NCBI GenBank assembly: GCA_008632985.1
Contig: QPGO01000124.1
Location: 186,001 to 243,876, forward strand
From: Psammoneis japonica
Lineage: Eukaryota
Direction: 5' to 3'
Length of the DNA: 57,876 nucleotides
The position numbers and the translations under genes were made by a program. Under the pieces are notes generated by a model. That model was not told the origin of the DNA and ran no database searches. It was given only the letters and a program-made list of their open reading frames with translations. Positions 37,791 to 48,302 of this stretch are shown piece after piece (positions within the stretch are counted from its first letter, which is position 1; each line of letters starts with the position of its first letter).

Positions 37791-40700
37791 GCGGTTGTCA
37801 ATGTTGGCGCCAAGGGCCGATGGTGTTGGTGGTTTTTCAGGCGGTGTTGATTTAGAGGCGGTGTAGATGGAGCCAGAGTTGACAACGGTGTGGTTGTCGC
37901 AACGATGCTGGTGGTTGGTGCGGCACACCAAATTCGAAGCATTTGATCGAGTGCTGCCGAGTGAGTGCAACCACCTGCGTGGAGAAGTGTGTTTGTTGTC
38001 GGTGTGTTGCGGCACCGGTGGCACATCTGATTGCTGGTAGACACCGGCAACAAAGTGCGCGCGATGTTGCGTTTTTGGCAGGTGCTGGGGGCACCACGGT
38101 TCATCCACAACATTTGCGTCTGTAGAGGGATGTTTTTAGTGCCAGCGTAGAAATGGTGCTCAGATCTTGTGTAGACTTGTGACGGCAAGACCGCAACGGA
38201 AGATTGCACATTTTTTTTCTCAACCCGAAACCTTCACCATGACGCTGGAAGTGTTTCGACGGCCATCGTAAGTGTGTCATGTGCTGACAATCAGCGCACT
38301 GTGTCATTGACCTTTGAAGGAACATCTCACAATGCTTGTTTGCTTGAAATTGCATGGAAATTAAAGAAACTCAGTTGCCAACAATCAGGAAGAAATGTTG
38401 CAGCATTCCGAGGGTGCCGACAAGCAGCAACACGGCGGGGTTTCGTGTCTGTTCATCTTGTTGAACCGACAGCTGGAATGTTGTCTCTTTTGAATGTTCA
38501 AGGTGAGTCAAATGTGAACATTGCAATTCAAAACAATCCCAAAATATCGAAATGTGCTTTTCAATTTTCTCACTTTCAATTTCTTCTCTCTTGTGCACTC
38601 TGAAGAAGAAGCAAGAGTGCTCAATTGATTGACGCTTCTGTCACAGTGTCAAGGTCTGACATTGTCACATGAGAATGCAAGAATGCGAGTGTGGTGGATC
38701 AATTGCCACATTTGGCACCGCTGGTTTGTTTTTTGCTCCGTTCGACACCAGTCGTTGCACCTGTTGATTCCACCCGCTGCGCCGAGGAAAGGAAGTGAGA
38801 AGGCCTTTTAGTTTTCGTTTCATTGTGGTGCAAAGCTCTTGTGTTGTCGTCAGTGTGTGTGAGAATGCGAATGCATGGTTTGAAGTGTTTGGCATTGACC
38901 AAACCTTGCTTTGCCTTTTGTTGCACATTCTCACTTTCAACATGTTCTCTCTGTGGACTCCGAAGAAAAAGAAGCGAGCACTCGTTTGATTTTAGCTTCC
39001 ATTGCAGTGGCAAGCTCTCATGTTGTCAAGTGGACATTCACGAATGAGAATGTGGGTGCATCATGTGCCACCATGTTCATCGGCTCGTTTGTTGCTTCCT
39101 ACATTCGACACAAGACGTTGCTCCGATCCAAACCAACCGGTGCAGAGGAAAACAGTGAGAAGGCTCAATGGCTTTTGGTTTTGTGCGGTGCAAAGCTCTC
39201 ATGCTGCAGTTTGGACATGTCAGAATGCAAGTGTGGCTTGCACTTTTTACTGCTGACCAAGTCTTTGCCAAAACAGTCGACAAAGAAGGCGCATCAGCTG
39301 GCAGACGAAGATGGCGAAACAGGACTCCAAAAATGTGTCGGTGATGTTCGCAACATTCCCGCTTCAAACCCTCGGTGCAGGCTTCCCATGTGTGCTCGGC
39401 ATGCATCAAGGTTGGCACATGGAGCCATCGAACCGAGGGTCTTCATACCTTTACCCGACATTACGCAACGGCTTTCGCTCATCGTCGAAGAAAAAAAAAA
39501 AATGTTTTGCGCTACGATCTTTGTTTCTGGTAGAGCACTCGTAGAAATCTACGTGCTAAGTAAGACATGTGTTTATTCTGAGAATTCCGAATTCCTACAA
39601 CATCGTCTGTAATTGACACGAAATATTTTTAGTCATATGATTCGACGCTAATACCACCGCACGTAGAAGTTGAACCGTGGTGGGGGGCAATGATGATGTC
39701 AACATCACTTTTATTGTGAACAAATAAGTTCTTAGCTGACGTCGTTTGTCCAATCAGATTTCCATACCGCCGTTATGACCGCACTTACCATACCGCGGAT
39801 ACGTTTTCTGAAGTTTCAACAGTTTTTTTGTTGAAACTTCAAAGTTTCAACAGTTTTTTGTTGAAACTATCGCCAATTTTTCGCGAAAATGACTCTTTTT
39901 AATTAATAATCTGGATTACGGATAAACAGAATCAGAATATGTTATTTGTGTATAAATGTTGAGCATTAGCCTAATTAAAATCTATGAAAATTAAGAACAC
40001 GTATATGATACATATTGTCATTTTAATATATGTATTGATTAACGACAAAGATATCAATTATTCGAGTTTCAACAGATTTGAGGCGACTCCCTGGTCTCGG
40101 AACACAAATCGCGCACACCGAAAATGGCACCATGTCGCCGCCATGAACTCGTCCATTCTTACACCGACGGCTGTCATGATTGAGAAGGTAAAAATATCGA
40201 GACAGGTCAATAAGACTACGATTTATACGATGATGTGGTTGAAATTTTGATTTTTGCTGTTTGTTGTGCCTTATGGATAGCCTTTTGACTAATGACATTT
40301 TTGATGCCTCTTTTTCTCTTTCTCAAATTGCGACGCAGGAGTCTCCGCAACTCTCCGCTCTATTGACTTGATGCTCAATACGAACAACAATATGCGTTTT
40401 TATGATACATTACTGTGATTCTTATAATGTATCGTCTGCACTTTGAGTCGTTATGGACGACACTTTTGGGTCGCGCGACAACACCAGATTTTGGTGCCGA
40501 CAAGAGAATCGTTCTGTGTTCGGTTTTGAGGGTGTGTGAGGATAAAGAAGCTCAGATACAAGTGTGATAGTTTCATTATTGTAAAGTAGAACAATAACAT
40601 TAGTGATATCTAAGTGTAAGATAGAACTAGTCATTTTGAGCTATGAAATGTTGTCAACATTTCATTGTTATCTCTAATTCTGCGTTTCAAAAGACTAGAT

Positions 40701-40896
40701 AACTCCACATCCATCAAACTTTGACTCTAATATTTCAATGCTAGTATGTAACTAACTCAAGAGTCCCACAAAAGTCGACAAATCAGTCAATCTTTGAAAT
40801 GGCCGATTGCGCAAGAAATTCAGGCATTTTTTTACCTGGTGTGGGGTGGGCAGAGGGTTTTGATTAACTCGACTCGAGCGAAGCGAGAGTCAACAG

Positions 40897-41640
40897 GCAA
40901 AAGTAACCCGGATTTTAAAGTGGGGTGAGAACAAATGATTTTTCACAAGCACCATCACCAAATGCAGCTGCAGCACTCAAGGAAAAGGAAAAATTTGAAG
41001 CAAAGTGTGATGCAAAGGCACAAGAATTTGGTGCAGAAGCAGTGCATGCAGCCACACAGTGCTGGTGGATGCAAGAGGCGCCAACGAAAAAGAAGCCAGA
41101 GGGTGTGCCAGTGCCAGCTCTCTCACAGAGAGCTGTGCCTGTGTGCTGCAGCTTGAACAAGCGCAGGTGGAAGGGATTGACAAGGTGCCAAAAGGGAGAG
41201 TGGTGGGCAAGACTTTTTTGGCACCAAAAGCAAGCAGTTGAGATGCTCTGCAGCACAACCCAGAGAGCAAGAGCTCGTTGTTGACCGCAGCTGGCCAGCG
41301 AAAAGCCCCGCATGTTGTCAATGACCAAGCAGCACCCCACAAAGAGTGTTTTCAGCACCACTTTGACGTGTCACCCAGTTTGTTTTGAGAGCTGCCTCAC
41401 AACAAGAGCTGCGCCAGCGCTCGTTGCAAAATCTCCAAGCTTGCCCAAAAAGCATGGTCGGACGAGCTTGAGCTGAAAATGTTGCTCTCTCTCTCTCTGC
41501 TGCCGTGTGCTGCTTGTGTCAAATGAATGGAAAAGCATGTCATCCAGCATGACCTCTCTTTGGTGTTAAAAAATTGTCTTTGCAGCTTTGGCTTGCAGCT
41601 TTGGTGGGGAGCTCCCAACACGATGCTGCTTCACAGAGAG
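40897..41640 (+). repeat. Left part of the dispersed-repeat copy interrupted by the MITE/gypsy block; continues at about 50510-51240
   Basis: Colinear inverted homology with 13580-14310. The remainder (12890-13560) matches 50510-51240. Confidence 0.75.
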
Positions 41641-41645
41641 GTGCC

Positions 41646-42021
41646 AACGCATTCCAGCCCCAGGTGGGACTCAGTGTGACATTGGGCCCGCAGAATTCTA
41701 CGTGCGAGCTCCGCAGTGCAAGAATTCATCCAATGGATGTGTTTGTCTTCAACATCAAACAAACAGCCAAGTTTGTGGTGCAATCATGCCTCTTGCCACT
41801 CGACGTTTTTGCAAGTGCGCCTTCCTTGCACGATTCTTAAGACATTGTAGAATCGCGCTGTAACAAAAAATGTCAAAAGTTTTTGGACGGATCGCTCAAC
41901 AAGTGCACCGTAAAATGACACAAAATGTCGAAAAAATCACGTAGAAATCTATGTGCGTGACATGCGACGTGATTCAAAAAACTGTTGATGTCACAGTTCA
42001 GCAGTGCGAGGTCCCACCTGG
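41646..42021 (-). mobile_element. MITE copy (about 375 bp), inverted relative to 45716-46104; abuts and truncates the gypsy 3' LTR
   Basis: Near full-length reverse-complement match to 45716-46104. Ends are ACGCATTCCAGCCCCAGGTGGGAC ... GTCCCACCTG. Confidence 0.9.
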
Positions 42022-44958
42022 TGCCCCACGCATGTGCCAGGCGCTGAAAAAGAAGATGTGTTACGACTTTGTCGTTGTGAAAATTGTGAGCTAGTTTAGA
42101 GTGGAGAAAGTGGGATCGTGCGAATGGGGAATCTTGCCAAATCCCCATTCGTTCGCATTTGGATCGCATCAAATCGATCGTGCGTTCGCATTGTGGATCA
42201 TGCGAATCAAGCCATCACGCACCATGCACGAGTGATGTCATCGTGTGGAATCACGCCACCATTGTGGGCCAGACGACAGGCTAGTGTGCTTCACACGGAT
42301 GCTCTCTTGGCATCCTTCTGGAATTGCCCAAGACCCAGAGCCACACCCTCCTGTGGTCGTGTGCTTCCCAGGTGCGCGTTGACAACACTGCGTTGTCACG
42401 CACAAGAGGCTTGTGCATGGTCTCGCCGTGTTGTCCAGCAGCGAGGCATGCTGCACACTCCCCCATGATCAGGGCTGTTAAGTGACAGGATGTCTCACTG
42501 GTGACAGGGTGCAATCTGCCGCAGATTGCACGCATCTGTCAGCGCTCCGTTCTGGATGCACAACGTGCCGTTGTCACACACACGGACAACTCTGGCGGGT
42601 CCTGCAAAGCTGTCAGAACCGCATTTAGAGGATTGTTCTGTTTGACAAGCACCAATTGCCCTGCGGCACATTGACACTCCTTGCGTTTCTGATTTTCATG
42701 CTTGTCATTCAAGTGAGTGAGCTTCTGCTTTCTGGTTTCTGTGCACTTCCACTTGGCACGATGGGCAACAGACAAAACCGCATCGCGTCCGAAGACCGAT
42801 TGCACAGGACTTGCACGCGTGGTCATGTGTGCCGCAGCTCTAACGGCGAAGGCTGCTGCGGAGAGGATGCCACTCCATGGGTCATCTTCGTCCAGCTCCA
42901 TGTCCTGCACTGAAAAGGAACGTGCCATGTCACCAAGTGTCTGGTGCACACGTTCCACTGTGGCATTCGCCTGTGGATTCTGCTTGCTTGTGGGTTTCTT
43001 CAAAATCCCATGGTCATTTTTAGTCATCTGGCTAAATTCTGCCATAAATTCTGTCCCACGGTCACAAACCACCTGGGTTGGCCACGGATGTCTGCACAGC
43101 CACGTTTGTTCTATGACGTTTGCTGCGACGTCTGCGCGTTTCATGGACACTTCTTCAATCTCGAACCACCCGGTTGCTGGCTCGATCATTGTGACTGCCC
43201 ACAATTGCAAAGTGTCCTTTCCGCGTCTTTGAATTTTATGTGGCCCCATCACATCTGTGCACAGAGTCTCCTGTGGAATTATCTCGGCGACCTTTTCTGG
43301 TGGCTTCCCACAATGCTGCGTTCGGCGTTTTGTCTTCTGACATCAATCGCACTTGACGCACATAGAATGCACCGTCGACCTCACACCAGGCCAGCAGAAG
43401 TGCTGGGCAACAGATGTTTCCGCACGTGTCTCACCTGGATGACACAGTGTCTTGTGGCACCATTCAGTTGGCGGAACCTGCAATGACTGTGGTGCTGCGA
43501 TTTTGTCCTCATGACAGATTAACTGTTGTGATGACCCTCCCCCACAATGCGCGCGAATGGAGCAGTCGGACGAGTCCTTGGCTCGTGAGAGCAGGCGCTT
43601 GTCCTTTTGTTGTTCTTTTTGAATGCGCTTGAAGCCAGTGGGCAGAGATGCATCGTCTTGCGCGTCTGCATTAAAAGCTTCATGCAAAGGACGACTCGAT
43701 GGAGTGTCTTTTGCATCTGGATTGGCCTCGGAAGGCAAGCTGGGTGCTGGCCGAAGGCGACTGAGAGCATCAGCGACTGGGTTGTGGGCACCCTTGACAT
43801 GGTGTAATTCGGGACCGCATTCTTTGCATGTCAACCGCCAGCGCATGATGCGCTCGGCATTGAATGCTTTGTGTGCAAGATTTTTATGATCAGCACATGC
43901 AAGCACACAATGACCGAGGAGAATCGTTCGAAATTCTTTCAACGTCTCCACAATGGCGAGTGATTCTCTCTCAGTTGTTGCACAGTTTAAATGCGCACTG
44001 TTGAGCTTTCTGCTGCAAAAGGCGACAGGTTCATCATCTTGGGATGCAACTGCTCCCAATTGACATTTAGAGGCATCGGTGTGTGTCTCAAAGGGTTTGT
44101 TAAAATCAGGATGTGACAACAAACATCATCCGACATTGCCCGTTCAACGGTTTCGAACGCCTCGTCTTCAACGGACGTCCACTCCCACTCAACAGTCTCA
44201 CTTGCGAGTCGTGTTGGCGGAGCCAAGACTTCAGAACGTCTGATCCACGCGTCATGGCAGCAGTTCACCACACCAACAAATGACCGCAGGTCGCGTTTGT
44301 TGGCTGGGGTCGCGATTCGCTCAATGGCGTCAACTTTGTCAGGTGTTGGTCGCACTCCGTCTCTGTTGGCCAGACAACCCAAGCACTCTAATTGGGTTTG
44401 ACAAAAATGAGATTTAGTTGTGTTGACTTTTAGTTCTGCTTTCTGGACCCTCAACAAAACTTCTTCAAGTTTGTTGAGGTGATCTTCACAGGTGCCTTTT
44501 GTCACGACGAGAAGGTCATCTGAGTGCGTTCGAACGAACGACAGATCTTCAAATGAGCCTGACATGCGTTCTTGGAAAATGTCTGGCAAATTGCACAACC
44601 CCACGGGCAGTGCCTGCATCTCACACTTGCCCCACGGGAAGATGAGCGTGCAGAGCTTCTTGCTGTCAGCATCCAATCGGATGTGACAACAGCCCATGTT
44701 TAAATCCAGCGATGCAGCCCACATGAAGCCTTTGAGCTTGAGCAGCACATCTTGGATGTGAGGAATCGGACAAGGCAATCGCTTGATCTGTTCATTCAGC
44801 TCTCTGAAATCATCAACAAAGCGTGCCGTTGAGTCTTTCTTCGGCATGACAAATGATGGAGCTGCCCATTGGGATCGGTTGACGTGCTTGAGAACACCGA
44901 CACGCGCTGGGCGTTCCATTTCTTTACGCAGCGCAGCTTCGTGCGCACGAGGTGCTTT

Positions 44959-45404
44959 TGCAATGTGCAGCCACTGACAAGAGTCAATGCATCACGGCGA
45001 CGTGTTACAGCCTTTAAATGTCACAAAGGGCGTGACAAAATAACCTTTTGTCTGCATGCATGCTGCACCATGAATTCACAGCGGAGTGGTTCATCGTAAA
45101 ACCATTGGGCAGGAGGCCAGGGGTTCGAAACCCGAGTGGGAGTTGTCTGCAGCAACGTTGGTCACTGTCGAACGCGTAAAACTCTGTGCAGTTCTGCATG
45201 TTCCTTCGCACGCACCCACACTGTTCCGCCAAAACCGTGCAGTGTCAGCACACGTTGGTAAAGAGCCGCATGGACGCGTGACACATGGGGAGGAGTGCAG
45301 CGTGCAGCTGCCAATGAGAGTCAATGTATCACGGCGACGTGTTGCAGCCTTTAAATGTCACAAAGGGCGTGACAAAATGACCTTTTGTCTGCACGCATGC
45401 TGCA
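44959..45404 (+). mobile_element. TRIM-like miniature LTR element (446 bp) nested in the gypsy pol
   Basis: 109-bp TG...CA direct repeats at 44959-45067 and 45296-45404. PPT GGGGAGGAG at 45287-45295. TSD CTTT at 44955-44958 and 45405-45408. Removal restores the host frame ARPCKAPRAHE. Confidence 0.9.
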
Positions 45405-45715
45405 CTTTACACGGACGAGCGTGGCATGGTTCTGCACCCTCCTTGAGTTGGGTGTGGCAGGGTTCTCCCTTCCATTCTCCCAATGTCCCATCAAATGAGG
45501 ACTCGTGGCGCTTCAACAGCGCCAAAAGGTCGTTTTGTTTGACTGTGGAAAGTTCCATTGCCCCTCGTGTTGTGTCCTCGAGGCAGGCCGGCGCGTGCTC
45601 AGCGTCTGAAATGCGCGAATTCCGGTTGGTTTCCGAAGACAAGGCTTCTGGATCTTGAAGACAGAAGGAGGTTTCTGCCGCAGCATCTGCGTGCCTCATT
45701 GGCGCTTCTCCATTG

Positions 45716-46104
45716 GACGCATTCCAGGTCTGGGTGGGACCTCGCACTGCTGAACTGTGACATCGACAGTTTTTTGAATCTCGTCGCATGTCGCGCACGT
45801 AGAATTCTACGTGATTTTTTGACATTTTGTGTCATTTTACGGCACACTTGTTGAGCGATCCGTCCAAAAACTTTTGACATTTTTTGTCACAGCGCGATTC
45901 TGTGATGTCTTAAGAATCGCGCAGGACAGGTGCATTTGCAAAAACGTCGAGTGGCAAGAGGCACAATTGCACCACAAACTTGGCCGTTTGTTTGATGTTG
46001 AAGACAATCACATCCATCAATTAAATTCTCGTACTGCGGAGCTCGCACGCAGAATTCTGCGGGCCCAATGTCACACGGAGTCCCACCCAGGGCTGGAACG
46101 CGTC
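45716..46104 (+). mobile_element. MITE (389 bp) with 4-bp TSD nested in the gypsy pol
   Basis: TIR GACGCRTTCCAGnnCTGGGTGGGAC. TSD ATTG at 45712-45715 and 46105-46108. Removal restores EWPSVNGEAPM. Confidence 0.9.
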
Positions 46105-46325
46105 ATTGACTGATGGCCACTCTGTCATCTGTTTGGAGAAGACAACATCAATGCCTTGTGTCTCCAGATTTTCACGTCCAACAATCATGTCGCACTTGCC
46201 CAACTTTCCATTGTGTGCGTGGACGGTGTGTTTGAGTTCTGCAGTTTCGGATGGTTCTGGCAACCGAGTTTTAACGGTGCAGTCGTTGGATGCACTGAAC
46301 GAGCCTGCTGCCGCAGCCCAGTTTG

Positions 46326-46884
46326 AAGACGTGTTCCAGCCGCACGTGAACCAAATCGTGCACAAAAATGACATTTGCGCGATTTTTGCACGGTCCCCAA
46401 CTTACGATCGAACTTTCACCACCAAAAGTATAGATTTATTCAAATGCAAATGTTTTGCAACACTGACAAGACTCGTGTGAGTGTTGCAATGTCATTGTTG
46501 TTGTGCCATCTATGTTTTTCATTGCGTTAAAAGATTCGCAACACAACGGATGATTTTCGGCGAAAACATTGCCGTTGTTTGGATGTCACCCAAACATGTC
46601 TTTCTACGATGCCACTTGGCAGGTTTTCTACCTACAAAAAAATCTCAGCATAAATCTGCTGACGCACAATCAGCATTGAGTCTACTGAGGAAGTTCATGA
46701 CACATGTCCCATGAGGATTTGAATGCCTCTCAAAAAACTGTTTAAATGTTCATGCTCTAGAAGCCTGTGACAGTCAATCCGTCTGAGCATTTTTGTTAAA
46801 ATGCCACATGCACTAAAATGTGCATAAATTACATTCAAAATCCGATTGTCGTTTTGTGCGTCACCTGGGACTGGAACACGTCTT
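46326..46884. mobile_element. MITE-like insertion (559 bp) in the gypsy protease
   Basis: 14-bp TIR AAGACGTGTTCCAG / CTGGAACACGTCTT flanked by TG on both sides. Removal restores STAETNWAAAAGSF. Confidence 0.8.
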
Positions 46885-46973
46885 TGTCTCAGCCGTTGAA
46901 CGGCTTCGCAGACGCTTGCAGTGTCAACTGTCGAGCAGAGTGCTGCTGGCGCCACTGTCCAGCAGTGCCTTGA

Positions 46974-48302
46974 CGCCAATCGCATCAGACGCTCATTGCG
47001 CGATTTTGCGGCCCGCATGTGGGCCGCAAAAATCTTGTCGCAAATTTTTGCGGCCCACATGTGGGTCGCAAATTCTTAAAATGATGCTTGTCTCGGAATG
47101 CGCGCACAAAACTTGTGTTGCCAACATCCATCGTTGCACGCGTGCATTTCTCAGTGGCACGCAACAAACTGCAGCAGCACAATGGTGCCCACCGCCAGTC
47201 TCCCACTTTGCGGTGTGACATCTCAATGATCCTCACACTGATTTCCCCATTTCTTTCATCAACATTGGGAGGGAATGCACAATGTGTCTAAATGGGTTGG
47301 TCCCATCTTCTGTCACTGAGAATTGTGGATTTCTGTTTTGTTCGAAACCACGCAGAATTTTCAAATTTGGAAAAGCACGAAATGACGGAATGAGCACCAA
47401 TTTGCAAACACTGCACAAACAGTTGTTCTTTTGTGACATGCCAAAATAGATGAAACATGGTCACACGGAATGCGGTTTCCAATGGCAGTCACTTGGCTGC
47501 TGATCTAGTCTAGTTCCTCAACCGTGATGACAGATTGTCACGCCAGCTTTTTTGTGGAGTCAATGGAGCGGCTGTTGCTGACACATGTTCAGCAACAATG
47601 AGCTGTGGATCTCGTGCCTCAACTGTGATGTGATGAATTGCAGACATGCCAGCTTTGCAAGGAGCAAACACTCTCTTTCAATCTCTGCCAATGCCAACTT
47701 GTGTCCTCCTGCAATGGCTCCGTCACCGCGGCGCCTGACCTCTCCTTCATCTGCGCCCATCATGTTTTCTTGACACTTTCCCAAATTGATCACATGGGCA
47801 TGGGCAATGACCTTGAATCGTGCTTGAGCTCTCTTGGCCATTGGCGACTCCACAGGAAGACTTGGAGGGGGGGCATGTGCGGGTGCAGATGGTGCTTCGG
47901 CAGCAGACTGCGACACCGGATTTCGCGGCATGTCTTGAACAGGCGAAGAAGGCATGTCCGTTCCCGCTGCAAGCAATGCTGACACATCTGGCACTTCTCT
48001 GATGATGTTGTCAGGCGTCCGAGATTGCTGGAGTGAATGTCCTTGACCGGTGTGGCCCGCCGCAGGGTCCGCCATGGTGGAGGGAGAAATCGGCGAAAAA
48101 GTGCGCGAAAATGCGTGCACATTTTAGAGGCTACGACAACAACCACTGGGACTTTTTTGACAGATGAAGTGTCGATTCCCATGTTTTCGGGCATGGAGAA
48201 TTTGACTGTGGGGTCAATTCATCGACCATCTCTGTCATTGAAGATTTGAAAAAATTTGCGGCCCACACATGGGCCGCAAACGGGCATCTGATGCGATTGG
48301 CG
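46974..48302. mobile_element. Non-autonomous TIR element (1.33 kb) inserted at a TTAA site in the gypsy protease
   Basis: 16-bp TIR CGCCAATCGCATCAGA. Flanks are TTGA (46970-46973) and TTAA (48303-48306). Removal restores KTQTIKALLDSG. Subterminal GCGGCCC...GGGCCGC palindromes at both ends. Confidence 0.88.

Larger units (their letters stand above)
23274..40090 (-). mobile_element. PIF/Harbinger(IS5)-like DNA transposon delimited by TIRs, with nested copia, tandem repeat and MULE
   Basis: Perfect 24-bp TIR GGAGTCGCCTCAAATCTGTTGAAA (23274-23297 / 40067-40090). CTG on both flanks (23271-23273, 40091-40093). Mirrored GTTGAAAC/GTTTCAAC subterminal arrays at 23430-23560 and 39810-39870. Confidence 0.75.

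Noticed and set aside
45070..45145. Functional tRNA gene
   Set aside because: A/B boxes are present but the stems are incomplete and it lies inside a TRIM. Reported only as tRNA-like.
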